A DNA stretch of 64,000 nt from Nymphaea colorata. Its lineage: Eukaryota. Each line of letters starts with the position of its first letter. The stretch's first letter is position 1. Below, one piece after another: positions 33,422 through 47,500 of the stretch. The stretch covers positions 21,576,001 to 21,640,000 of the forward strand of contig NC_045138.2 of assembly GCF_008831285.2 (NCBI RefSeq). Reading direction: 5' to 3'. Below the pieces are notes generated by a model. The model was not told where the DNA came from. It did no database searches and worked only from the letters and a program-made list of their open reading frames with translations. Both the position numbers and the translations under genes were made by a program.

Positions 33422-36400
33422 CTTAAGGGGAATTAAAACCCTAAGGAATGAATGAGATTACTACCGAAGCTGGGCTTTGTGTTACTTGTGTGCTTAAGAG
33501 TTAAGACAGAAACCTAAAACAGAGAGGAAGGTCGATAGCTACTTGGTAGCTATGATGAAGAGGATCATGGTAAGGGATGCGATGGTGGCTGTGGAGCACC
33601 ACCTGAACCAGGTGGAACCGGCGATAGGGGGCTTGGAGGGGAGGATGCACTGGATGGACCAACGCCTGGATGGAATGGACGCATGCCTGGAGACCCTAAT
33701 TGCTGAGCAACAGACAATGGCGACCCTGCTACGTGAAAGTCTCTGACAAGGTACGCAATGCTCTCCTAGTTTAGAGCAAACGCAAATTGATGATCGAAGG
33801 GGAAATAGCTAGCCGCCAAATGGTGCAAGAGGATCTGCTTGGAAAACTTCGAAGATGGAAACGTTCACCGGAGATGGCCCCGTTAGCTGGGTGTTCCAAT
33901 TGGAACAATACTTCGAATGCAAGGGAATCGTGGAAGAGCAGAAAGTGAATCAAGCAGCCATCTACTTCGAAGGAGAGGTGATACATTGGTATCGCTGGCT
34001 ACTATCACACCAGGGGAAGCCGGATTGGGAAATCCTCGTCAGAGAGATCACCACCCACTTTGGGCCCTCAATCTTTATAATGTCAAGCTCTCGAGAATTA
34101 GGTAGACAGGCACGGTGGTAGAGTATCCAGAAAATTTTGAGGCATTTACGAACATGATTCGTGGCTGGCCCCTAGAGGCCCTTATTGGGGCATTTGTCGG
34201 AGGTCTTAAGGATGAGCTACGAATCAAAGTACCCTGAACCTTGTTAGAATGCTTCGAAACTGCTTGCATGGTGGAGGAAAACTACCGACAACAACACATC
34301 ACCGACAAGAACTGGTCTAACGCCAGGATCATTCAGCGAAGCCGGATGAATGCAGAAACTCTCCCTTATGCAATGACTGGGGCCAAGGCGAGCAACCTAC
34401 CTCGCCAAGTCATGAGGCATCAGACGCCTGAGCAAATAAAGGAAAAGCGGCGTTAGGGCATTTGCTTCCATTGCGATCGCCCATGGGCACCAGGGCATAA
34501 TTGCTGACGGTTACATATGTATTTGGTTGAAAAAGGGGAGGAATCCCCTGACGAAGAAGAAGAAACCCCCACAGCTGAAGACACAACAGCTCCGGTAGAA
34601 GAGGCACCACTAGAGATCTCCCTGCATGCGCTTGCAGGGGATGGGTTCCCCTACTGATGAGAATTAAAGGGCAACAAGGTGGCAGGAAGGTAAGTGTTTT
34701 GATCAACACTAGATCAATACACAACTTCATTTGTGAGAAATCTGCCCGTGCTCTGGGGTACAGTGTGGAGACGCAGCCCACTTTCGATGTGGTGGTTGGG
34801 GACGACAATACCCTCAAGTGCAGGGGTAGATACCACCAAGAAATACTTGAAAAACAGGGCCACAAGTTCCTTGTCCAACTATACGCACTCGCCATGGGTG
34901 GAGCCGACTTGATCTTGGCTATCCAATGGTTACGTGACATTGGAGAAGTGGTCTGAGATTTCATTGGCACGAAAATGCAATTCCACGGCCCAAAAGAGGA
35001 GAAATTAACACTCGCGGCAGCTCCCAAGAAGTAGGAGGAAAAGGAGGAGAAGGAGAATTATCATCACTTAAGAGATCACCTAAGTGTTCACTTGAAACTG
35101 GCGCATTCATCCAGAAAATAGAAAAAAAAAATCACTTTTCCCATTTCCATGTCTTGTACAATTTCTAATACTTTCTCTAATTCTAAGCTAAAGCAAGAGA
35201 ATCTGATCATAACTCACAAAACTAGCCGACACCAAAGTCACATGGGTATCAGTATGGATTCATGTACTACAATGCAAGTATAGACAGAAAAATTTTAGAA
35301 AACATGGATACCGGGTATGGAAGAGTTTGTACGTATATGTATACACAGGGGCAGAGGGAGGGGGGGGCGCCTAGGCCATGGCCCCACCCCAACCAATTTT
35401 TTTTAAAAAAATCTAGTGTAAAAATTGAATTTTTTTTTTGTCTCAATGTATTTTTTGAATATAAGTTCAGTTTGGCCCTACCTAAATCCAATCCACAAAA
35501 CCCAGGGCTCCGCCCCTGTGTATACATTGAAGGGAAAACTTTGAGAAACTTATAATTTTGTGGTATTAATTTGTAAATTTTAAATATTTATGTTTGTTTT
35601 ATAATATGAATTCATAATTTTTTGTAATATGAATAAACTTAGTGGACTTAATACAAAATTTTTAAAAGTTAAAAAGAGAAAGGGGCGCTGCAACAAGGTA
35701 TGCTCCCTCTCTCTCTCTCTCTCTCTCTCTCCATCCATTTTTTTCCAAACTTAAAAAAAAGGGTATATCGGGGATGTGTCCCCAAACCTGTCACGCCATA
35801 CCAGCACACCAACACAGGTATGAGGACATGTTCCCCAAACCCATGTGACTTAGTCGACCGCATGAAACTGGTAGAAAAAGCAAAACAAAATTATAGTCTA
35901 AACGAAATGAAAAATTTGAATATCCAATGACAAGCTGCTAAAGTTTTAAAGTATTCTCATACCACATTGAAGGCACTGCTGGGCATAAGCAGAACTATTA
36001 GTTGTAGCAACAGAAGCTGCATCCACATAAGCTTTAGATCGACATAACTTAGTAACCTGGATATTAACAAGTGTATATGGAGGTTTGAGAAACAGCAGTA
36101 GTTCATCCTGAAGGACCTAAACAATGCTTGAAAGATGAAAAAACTAATCGAAACAACATCAATATCGAAGAAGTAGAGAAAACATCAAATCTATAAGGAT
36201 TGCCTAACAATGCTCAACTTTTGCATGGGATAACTAAAGTCATTTTTGGTGACCTACTATGTCACATGGGCACTGGGTGCAGCTGCTAGTGCAGCACTCT
36301 TCACAAAGAACTTGGGCATGGGGTGAAGCAACATATGGGTGTGTATGTGTGTGAAAGTTTAAAGTAAAAAAAAATTCTATAAATTGTAAAATAAGCCTCG

Positions 36401-39400
36401 GATTGTAAAAGAAAAAAGAAACGTTAAAATAGAAGAAAGACCCATATATACCTAATGCTGGAGAATGCAGAACTTTCACACATCGCCCAATACAATGTGG
36501 GATGCATAATAATAATTGCAGAAAGGAGAAAAAGTTATTTCAGTATACCTATAACCTAAAATCACGTGGCTTCATCTAATTTACAATTACATCACTCATG
36601 TTATCAAACAAAACAAGAATATTAAACAAAGAATGATTGGTCCAAATGGCACTTACAAATTCTCTTTTAATAGTAGCACATGAATCCAAAGTCATAACTT
36701 CTTCACTCGACCTCTTTAGTGAAGGATTGGATTCTTGGATAACCTGTGATGAAGATGAACATCTGAAAGGTGGTAATTTTGTATGAAGGGTTGATAAAAG
36801 TTCTAAAGATATAGCCATTAGATTATCTCAAAAAAGAAAATGTTATAATTGGATGGATACCATTTGTTCCAACAAAAATGAAATTTATAAACAAATAATT
36901 AAATCAAATCAGGTGTTGGAAACTTCGATATACAATTTAAAGAAAATCATGTGTATCAACATTGTAAGCACAGAGTTGTACCATAAAATATCTTAATAGA
37001 TGTATTGGGACTAAGGGAAGAGCCAACATGGTGATGGTACATGCTGGAAGTAACTGCTACATTCAGCTAAAAGTCTTCAACTTAGGATACTGTAAAAACT
37101 CTCACAATGTAGGTACAGAAAGAGCCTAAGGAAGAAAGAACTAATGACATTTAGGGGCCATTTGATAGATTGGAAACTTGGAATTGGAAAAATATTTCTG
37201 GAAATATATTTCTTGGAATAAAGGAATGGACAAAATCTTTCCAATTCCCATTTTGATGTGTGTGTGATGATTAAGAAATATATTTCCAGAATATATTTCT
37301 TAGTTTGATGAAAAAGAAATATATTTCCAAGTTCAGTGTTAGAAATTGGGGGAAACTGCCGTCGAAAACGTCGACGGACGCCAGCCACATGCTGTAGGCC
37401 AATTCAGCTCCTTCAAGGCCGGCTGCAATCTCACACCCACCCCGCTGCTATAGGGTGTTCAAGGTCTCACCTGCTGGAGCCACGTCCGGTAGTGCGTCCG
37501 TCTCCTTCTGGAAACTTTGCAGAGACAGACAACGTTGAGGAGAAGGCGTCACTCGCAGAATTATGCGAGTTATCTAAATTCGTTCCTTGCACCGATGGTT
37601 TTGAAAATTGGGCAGCAACTTGTTACATGAATGAGGAGTAGACGCTCCAAACTTCAGCTCCTAACAAGCTCCTTGGTCAAAACGAGTGAAGGATCAAGCT
37701 CGCCTGCACCGCCAGTGGCTGACAGAACCCGATAGCAGCCGATTGCGAGTTTCTCTTCGATAGATATTGGGCGTTAACTCCTCCCTGGTCCGATCGAGCT
37801 GAAACTTGGCAGGAACAATCTCAGGATGTCTGCGGTCCTATCTTCATCAAGCTCGACGGCTGAAAACAGCCGTGGAATGCCCAGCAATCGAGTTATCAGT
37901 CGCCAGTCTCTGGTAGAGTCTTTCTCAGCTTGCCGTGATGGTTCCCTCGACAAATTGATCAAAATGCAGACAAATACGCGTTGAATCAATGGGAAACAAT
38001 CAATTAATCGAAAAAGATCAGGATTATAGAAATGAGTCACCAGAATGTGGGGATTTCCCAATTTCAAACATGAAAATGGGGCGCAATCGCCATTCGGCGG
38101 TGATATTCCTGTTCGCCGCCTGAATTCCAACCATCTCCGGTAGACTCCTTAAATCAACTCCCGATTAACCCAAAGTTTGTCCGAATGATCCTTATGATTG
38201 GGCGATGCCTATGTCACACGGGTGCGGATGCGATACGGGTGTGGATACGGGTGCGGGTACAACAATTTTCAAATTTTTTGGATACGCGGACACGGCTAAA
38301 TTAAATATTCTAAAAAATGATAAAATTAAAAAAACATTAAATTAATAGTTCAATCTTACAAAAAGTTTGATTTATCACAGTATTTGAAAGGATTGTTGAT
38401 GGAAATAATTAGATGTATCACAAAAATTTGATAAAATGAAAAAAAACATTAAAATTTTAATTTTTTATTTTCTGCCGTGTCCTAGCCGCACCAGCGTGTC
38501 CGAGTGTCGACACGGACACTTGGGCCTTTTTGCCGTGTCTATGTGACATAGGGCGATGCAAATGGAATAGTCCTTGTCCATCAATCACCGTCCAGTCGCC
38601 GGAATCCAGCGCCTGATCAGAATCTGCAGTCACGGTTTGCTGAGTTTTTGAGTGTGATAAGGGAAAACCGTTTGTTTGCAGATCGTGCCTTCCTTCCATC
38701 TCCTTCGTCGTCAAACGTTTGAATCGTAGGATTCAAACGTTCTGGTCTATCAAGTTCAGACGCAAGGGAGGAAGAACGAAGGCGCATGAAGAAGGCAATG
38801 GAGGAAGAAGACCAGCGAGGGAGGCAGCGGAGGTAACGGTCTAAAAAAAAACCGAAAAAATTTTTCCACCTCTCTGGCTGTAAATACTTTTCCGAAAATA
38901 AATTTCTGATTCCACTCTCAATGGTCAAAAAAAAATTTCTGCGTTTGATAAACCAGAAAAATTTTAAAAATTTGAAAAATATTTCCTGTAGCACAGGAAA
39001 TATTTTTCAAATTTTTAAAATTTTTTCAGTTTATCAAACGCCTACAAGAAATATTTTTCAAATTTAAAAAATTTTTCCGGTTTATCAAACGCGGAAATTT
39101 TTTTTTGACCGTTGAAGCTGGAAACGGAAATATATTTCCGAAAAAATTTTTCTAGCCAGAGAGGTGGAAAAAATTTTTCGGTTTTTTTTCTTTTTAATGT
39201 TACCTCCGCCTCTTCCTCCCTCGCTCTCCGCCTCCCTTCTTCCTCTGCCTCCCTTCTTCCTCTGCCTCCTTTCTTCCTCCCTCGCTCCCTTCATCCTTTC
39301 TTCCTCCGCCTCCCTTCTTCCTCCCTTGCTCCCTTCTTTCTCTGCCTCCCTTCTTCCTTCCTCGCTCCCTTCTTCCTCCGCCTCCCTTCTTCCTCCCTCG

Positions 39401-41481
39401 CTCCCTTCTTTCTCTGCCTCCCTTCTTCCTCCACCTCCTTCTTCCTCCCTCGCTCCCTTCTTCCTCCACCTCCCTTCTTCCTCCCTCGCTCCCTTCTTCC
39501 CCTAAACTTGGAAATATATTTCTTTTTCATCAAACTAAGAAATAAATTTCTGGAAATTTATTTCTCAGTCATCACACACACATCAAAATGGGAATCAGAA
39601 AGATTTTCTCATTCTATTTTCCTAGGAAATATATTTCCAATTCCAGATTTCCAGGCCATCAAATGGCCCCTTAAGGTCAAACATGACATGAGATTCACAA
39701 TGAGCAGTAAGGCACAAAAGAAGAGATCAAAAATATAATTCACTGAAAAGTGAAAACACAATCCTTGGAAAGGCACAGACTCCTCCTATTTACACAAAAA
39801 ACAGATGTTGGGTTAGCTGGGCTTAGTCCAAGTTAAGACAAAGCTTGAGCCTGACCTAAAACAAGAACAATAAATAATACAAAAAAGACAGAAAAATATA
39901 TAAAAAACAACATATTTTATCCTATGTATATAATAATAATATATCTACCAAATATGACATGGGATAACATACATATTCATATACTTAGCTAATGCATATG
40001 TATGTGCAATTATACATAAATACAAAGTTAAATACATACATATTTACATAAGGTCATAAACTGTAACGTCGTCCCTCAAACTTACAATGCTAAAACAGAA
40101 AGTTTACTAGGATAAAAATTGAAGTGCAGGGAACACATGCCTTCATGAAGAAATCGCATTTCAGATTTAACACAAGGAAGATCTACAACATTCATCAAGT
40201 ATTTTTCTCCCTCAATTTGGCAATTCATCTCAATATGTTTGGTATGTTAATGAAAATTGAAAAATATGCTTCTGTATTATATGAATAGCACACCTATTGT
40301 CACAACACAACTTTGTAGGTCTGTCCAACAAAATTCTCATTCTTCCATCAGCTTTTTCAACCCTACAATCTCTTGTACTATTTCATTGCTCAATATTTGG
40401 CCTCCATGGATGACAAAAGATACCTTATGTCATTTCATCTGCTTTTAAGATATTAACAATTTTCCAAACAACAAAAAAAAGCCAGTAGTAGTGCATCCAC
40501 TGTTTAGATCATCTCTAGTCAGCATCACCATACCCAATGCCTAATGGAACTAGAATATAAAATACTCCGTTGTTTAAGGTACATTTAATATATCTAACGA
40601 TGCAAAGGATTAAACGTGTGTAAGCAAATGTAAGGGCATGCTCAAATTGACAAGCCACACAAACAATATATATTAGGACTGATAATATATGGAAGTACAT
40701 AAGACATCCAACAAGTTGTCTATATAAGCCTTAATGTTCCATAAGAACTTCATCTTGAGTTTTCATCTTAGACCAAACAACAGCTAGAGTTTTTTGTACT
40801 TGCAATCTACTATGTGTAATTTAAGTTGTTTAACTATAATATATAAGGCAAATATGGTTTCAGATAAAAAGTTTTCCCTAGTTATACCTAAAAAATAATC
40901 TCAAAAACCAAGATTTGTCATTTCAAATGTTTCTTTTTCAAAAGAAGTCTACTTCCTTGACCTTTCTTTTATCAACATCCATTCACAGATAACAACAATA
41001 TCACAGTTTGTGCATTAGTTTGTCTACCAAAACAAGGAGTCAAGAACTAACTTCATATTTCAATGTTATCTAATCGATGCTATGAAACCAAGAATTGAGT
41101 CCTTGCTTGAGGTCATATAATACTTTCCTAAATCAGACACTCTCCATTTGGGACATTTATATCAGGTGGGACATCCATGTACACTTCTACATTAAGATAT
41201 CTATTCAAAAATGCATTTTTAACATCCATTTGAAAACACTCCATATTTTTATTGAAGCTATGGTTATATGGGTTCTAACTGTGATCATTATGGTCAAGGG
41301 AGCAAAAATTTATTCTTAATCAATCGCACACTCTTAAGTATATTCCTTGGCTACTAATCTACCTTTTTACCACTCCAATGACCTATACGTTTTGGGTTTT
41401 ACCCTATGTCACATGGGTGTGGGGTGTAGGTGCTGGTGCAAGATGCGGCAAGTTCCAAAAAACTTGGGTGCAGGTGCGAGC

Positions 41482-41512
<31 letters not shown>

Positions 41513-44500
41513 TACAAATATTATATACATATATATGTTATTTGTTATATAAGTAATTTTATTTGTCTATATTTTTCAACTTTTTTTTTATCAAGGTTAC
41601 TTGAATCGATATATCAATGAAAACTCCGCCAAAACATTTTTCAGAACGGCCAAAATTCATTTTGTAACGCGCGGCGTTTGGGCGGAGCGGGTCAGGGTCC
41701 AGACCCGGACCCTAGCCCCACGCGAGAGGAGCCCGACGCTGTCCCTCCTCCCTCGCATTCTCTTCTCCTTCGCTTTCCTCTTACCATCTCTTCCTTACCC
41801 ACGACCGGAGCTCAGGGAAGAAGGCGACGGCGACGGCGGCGGCGGCGACGACGGCGGCGTTGAGGTGAACCCTGTCGTCCCCTGCCTCTTCCTCTCTTCT
41901 CTTTTCTTCTCCTTCCCGTTTTCTTTCCCTTCTCCCTCTCCCACTGTCTCTCGTCTCCCCTCTCCACCGAACGACTCTCCCTCTCCCACTGTCACTCGTC
42001 TCACTCTCCACCGTCTCTCTCTCTTCTCTCCCGTCCTCTCCCCTCACTGCCTTCTTTTCCCCTTTTGACCGAACCCTCTCCCCATTTTCTGCTCGTTTTC
42101 TATTTTTCTCCAATCAAGTACTTTCTCTCACTGATTTTCACTGTGCTATCACTGTTGGATCCGTTTTCAGCTTGGGGATTTGTCTTCCCCCTCGTAACAG
42201 CAATTAGAGAAGGCCTTGGTAGTGGCGGCATTGGAGGATTTTAGCCGTTTGGGGACCACTTGGACGCGTGAGGTGGCTGCCGGGAGGATTACAACAGTTT
42301 AGACCTTCAATCGGGGTGAGCAAGGCGAAATTGAACCTATTTTATGATATATTTCTCTTTGGAACGCTCATAATTATTGGTTGAGCATGCTAGAGCTTTG
42401 AATTGATTATTTGGAACACATGTTAGTGATTTCGTTTTTGGGGAAAAGCTTGCGATTATGTTGGGAAGCGAAGATTCATATTTTGGATGATCATTTAAGC
42501 ATGATAGATTAATTTTCGAAGCATTAGGGGAGACATGGTAGAGTTTGTGAGGTTGTGGGGAAGATTTAGGACCGTTTTAGTGAGCATGTAGCACGCGTTT
42601 TTGTGAACGGGTGCATCTTGGAGTTAAATAGGGATAACGTACATAAGTTGGAAGTATCTTTGGGGTAGACGCCTTGATTTAAGAAAAAGGGAATTTTGAG
42701 AAAGGCGTTAGTGATAGACGGATTGATGGCTTTGAGTTTTGGCATCTATTGGCACGACTAGGAGTGGGAAGTGACCCTATTGGAGAACTTGTGGGTCGAC
42801 ACTACCCGTCGACACCCTCTTGAGGCGATGACGCGTGCCTCAATGACCTTGTTTTGTTTTTGTTTGAATTGTTGAGGTTTGTAGTAGGAATCTTATCTTG
42901 TGTTTGTGTCTGCAGGTTCACCGGGTACGTCCCGTCGACCTTGAGTTACCGGATTCGAAGCTCGAGGCATTTTGAAGATTCTTGTGAACGCGCCACAGGT
43001 ATGGCGACATTCCAGGCAAATCCCTGCCTGGGCAAGTGAATGAATGTGTGTTCCTAAGATCATGGGATCCTAGGATTTGTGATATGAATTGATTGAGTGT
43101 TCCGTGAATGAATATGTGTATACATGTACATAAATTGGTATATGATATGAATTGTTTTGAAAGGCTTATAGTAATTGTTTTGATAATGTTACGCATTGTA
43201 TGTGCATGCTAGAATTGATAACTGTTTAGGACAGATGAGGCGGGGTATCGAGTCGAGTGTCTCCTCGACCCCAATTGTGCATTAGAAAGCATTCTAGAAT
43301 GATAACTGCATAGGACAGCTACGAGCCCACCACAGATTGAGACTACTCTCTGTGGTTTGGCTAAGTTTTCAAAGATGTGATTGTTATGATGATTGTTGAC
43401 GGGTTTTGTTATTCGGGTCCGGATCCGTACCCGATCCGGTTTGTCCTAATTAGGACTACTTATACTTCTGTAAACCCTAATCTTTGAGTTAATGAAGTGT
43501 TGAAGAGAGAGAGTGTCTGGAGGCTAGTGGGCACCAGACCTCCTCACCTGTGGTTTTTCTTCCCTCGAGTCGAGGGTTTTCCACGTTACATCTGTGTGCT
43601 TTCTTCTACTCTCGTGCACATTTTGTTTCTACATGGTATCAGAGCCGTCGGACTTGGAGAAAACAAAATCTGTTTTTTGTTCTATGGTTGTGAAGTTCCA
43701 ACCCTGACTGCCGCCGCCGCTACCACCGTCGCCGTCGCTACCACCACCGCCGCCGCTGCCCTTGCTGCGCCGCCGCTGCCCTTGCTGCGCCGCCGCTGCC
43801 CTGGCCGTGACCGTGACCACCGCCGCTGTCGCCGCACCGTGGCCGCGTGACTGCCTCCGTCGCTGCCCCGCCGTGGCTGTGACCGCTGCTGCGTCGCTGG
43901 TGTCGTGACTGCCGATGCCAACGCCTCTGCCGACGCCGACGTCCGACCACCGACGCCGACGTCCGACGCCGTCGCCTCTTCTCGGCGCGCGCTGCCAAGC
44001 GCGGCCCTCTGCTTCCGCCGCGTCCTGCTGCTTCCGCAGCTCCCGCCGCTTCCGCCGTTGATCCCCGACTGCGTCATCTCACCTCTTCTCTCGGTTACTG
44101 CTGCTGTGTGTGTTCTTTGGCAGCCACTTCTACCTCGTGATCATGGCTGACTCGTCTTCTTCTTCAGTCAACACTACTCTGCCTGATGTTGTGTCTGCGC
44201 GGACTGATCATGTACCGGTTCAGGTTACCACCATTCAACTTACCAAGGAGAACTATTCCCGATGGTCTGCTGCGATTACCATGGGGATTGCTGGGCGAGG
44301 ACGCATTGCCTATGTGAATGGGAGAAAGGTTGAACCTGCTGCAGATAGTCTGGCTTGGGATACATGGTTTCTTGAAGACAACCAGGTCAAAACCTGGATT
44401 GTCAATTCAGTGTCCCCGGATATCCAACCCCTCATTCTTCGTAAGAAGACTGCAAGGGATATGTGGATTATTTTGGAGCAGATGTATGGCCAAAAGAAAA

Positions 44501-47500
44501 GGAAAGTTCGTGTGTATCAACTTATGAAGGATGTGTATTCCCTGCGACAAGGTGCTCTCTCGGTTGCAGACTTTTATGCAGCATTAAAATCTAAGTGGGA
44601 GGACCTTGACTATCACTCTGATATTCCATGGAGGTGTCCTCACGACCAGATGCAGTACATGACTGATAAATGGGAAAACAGGGTATTCCTGTTCTTATCC
44701 GGACTGAATGATGACTTTGAAAATATAAGGAGTCAGATTCTTAACTCTGACGAATCATTTAGTATTGAAGATGTCTATTCCCGTGTTGAAGCTGAAGAAC
44801 AGAGAAGGCTGCTCTCTAGTGGACGAAAGGGGGAAGAACAGTCTGCCTATGTTAGCCGTGCCCCTGTGGGAACTCCTCGTTCTTCTCGAAAATGTACTCA
44901 TTGCAAAAAACTTGGTCATACTAGGGATTTTTGTTGGGACCTGTATCCAGAGAAGAAGGATAGTAGGGGGAGGTCTTCGAGTGGGAAGAAGCCTGTATCG
45001 TCTGCAACAAGTCTGAGTGATGGGAAAGGTTCTATTTCTGCAGAGCAGATCCGTGAGCTACGAGCATATTTGAGCAAGATTGATGTTGGTCAGGCAGATA
45101 CACCAGATGAGGTGAAGATCAATCAGGCATTGGCTGTTTCAGGGGGAGAAGGTACTTCTTCTATGGGTGAATGGATTGTTGACAGCGGTGCCACTCATCA
45201 CATGACTGGCAACCCCAAGCTTTTCCATGACTACAAGCTATCCTCAGGAAAGGAACGTGTGTCCCTTGCCGATGGTTCCTTTACTTCAGTGGCAGGGAAA
45301 GGGAGTCTTTCCTTGTTAAATAATTTTTTAGTTCATGATGCCTTACATGTTCCTCATCTTTCCTTAAATTTGTTATCTGTTAGTAAGATTACCAAGGAAC
45401 TGAAGTGTGAGCTTATATTTTCTGAAAAACGTTGTGTTTTGCAGGACTTGGTGACAGGGAAGAGGATTGGGATTGGTTTGGTGTCTGATGGGCTGTATCG
45501 GCTTCCTATACGCGTTGTCACAGCTCTTATGTCAGCAGTCAGCAGAACAGAGAAGAAGGAGGAAGAGTGTCGTCAGTTATTTTTGTTTTGGCATGAACGC
45601 CTTGGTCATCTCCCATTTGGGATTTTGAAACATTTGTTCCCTGAACTATGTTCTAGTTTAAACATTTCCATGTTATCATGTGATGTGTGTCAGTTTGCGA
45701 AGCATGTTAGAGCTTCTTATCCAATTTCAAATAGTCGTTCTAATAAAGCTTTCTCCTTGGTTCATTCTGATGTGTGGGGGCCTTCGGGCATTCATTCTCG
45801 TGGTGGTTTTCAATACTTTATAACCTTTATAGATGATTATTCAAGATGTACCTTTGTGTATTTGTTGAAAGATCGTAGTGAGGTGCCTCACATTATTGAA
45901 ACTTTCATCCTCCTAGTGGAAAACCAATATGGAAATTCTGTCAAGACTTTTCGGTCTGATAATGCTCGTGAATATCTGTGTCTCACTGTTGAAGAATTCT
46001 TTCGAAAGAGGGGGATTGTTCATGAGACATCCTGTAGTTATACCCCCCCTCAAAATGGGGTTGCTGAGAGGAAAAATCGTCAGTTGCTCAATGTCACCCG
46101 AGCCATACTGTTCCAAAGACATCTCCCAAAATACTATTGGGGTGATGCAATCCTTACTAGTGTCTACTTGATTAATCGCATGCCCAGTCGTGTGCTAAAG
46201 GGTCGTACTCCATACTCTATGCTTCCAGGGAGTAGTCAACCTTTTCATCTTCCTCCTCGAGTCTTTGGATGTGTGTGTTTCATACATAACCACAGTCCCA
46301 ATGTAAAAAAACTTGATCCCAAATCTATTAAGGGCGTCTTTCTTGGGTATTCTTCCACTCAAAAAGGTTATAAATGTCTAGATCCTACCACTGGTCGTCT
46401 TCACATTACCAAAGATGTCACATTCTTGGAACATGTCTCCTATTTTGGTGAGAATTCTCTTCAGGGGGAGAAATTAATGTCTAAGGAAGAGTATTCTCCC
46501 ACACAGGAAATTCAGTTTACAGACTTTATGGATTACAGGCGTGAAGAGAATCCTGTTGCCAAGGTGCTTGGCAAAGATGAAGATGGCAAAGATGAAGAGG
46601 GGACGACTACTGATGTACATGAACAGGAGAAGGAGGGAGAGCATCCTTTGGTGACAGAACAAGAGGGTAATCGTATGTTTGGACAGGTGTATTCCAGGAG
46701 AAGAGCTTGTACTGACAAGGTGATTGATGATGAGGTGGTTACACCGAATCCCAATCCTACTTCTTCCTTGGATGATCCAAGTCGTGTACAGAAGCAAGAT
46801 GTTGGAAAAGAAAAGGAGGATCTTCCTATTGCCTTGAGAAAGGGGGTCAGGTCATGTACCCAGCACCCTATTGGTAACTTCGTATCTTACTCTAGATTGA
46901 GCACTGACTATAAATGTTTTGTATCCTCCTTGGCTGTGGTTGTGATTCCCAGGAATGCTACAGAGGCTCAGGGTGACACTAAGTGGTCTCATGCAATGAA
47001 AGAAGAGATGGAAGCTTTAGACAGAAATCAGACATGGGAGGTGGTTGATATTCCTGAAGCAGCCCACTTGGTTGGGTCGAAGTGGGTCTACACTGTTAAG
47101 TACAAACCAGATGGTAGCATTGAAAGGTACAAAGCACGATTGGTGGCCAAGGGGTTCAGTCAGAAATATGGGATCGACTACTTAGAGACGTTTGCTCCTG
47201 TTGCAAAGATGAAGACTGTTAGAGTTATTATTTCATTGGCGGTGCTGAAGGGTTGGGAGATGTGCCAACTTGATGTAAAAAATGCCTTTCTCAATGGAGA
47301 TCTCGAAGAGGAAGTGTACATGTGCATGCCACCAGGTTTTGAGAAGCCTGGAAAATGCTGTAAATTGAAGAAAGCTTTGTATGGGCTGAAACAGTCTCCC
47401 CGAGCATGGTTTGAACGGCTCAGACTTGTTATGAAGAAACATGGCTACAAACAAGGAAATGGAGATCATACCCTGTTTGTAAAGAGAAGAGAGAGTAAAG

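Larger units (their letters stand above)
37154..39670. mobile_element. Non-autonomous PIF/Harbinger (Tourist-like) element with extended TIRs and an internal palindrome
   Basis: GGGGCCATTTGAT...ATCAAATGGCCCC termini; TTA on both sides (37151-37153 and 39671-39673); inverted similarity extends about 170-180 bp. No transposase ORF seen. Confidence 0.85.

Noticed and set aside
34410..35027. 205-aa minus-strand ORF
   Set aside because: Antisense shadow of the decayed gypsy protease region.
39085..39738. Overlapping ORFs up to 208 aa rich in P/S/F/L or R/K/E/G
   Set aside because: Translation of the polypyrimidine minisatellite and TIR of the PIF element; no domain.
41601..42113. GC-rich ORFs resembling a gene first exon
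   Set aside because: They lie in the 5' part of the solo LTR, inside the CATTT TSD pair.
43497..44150. Ala/Arg-rich ORFs on both strands
   Set aside because: By-product of the GCC-rich copia-2 leader and LTR.
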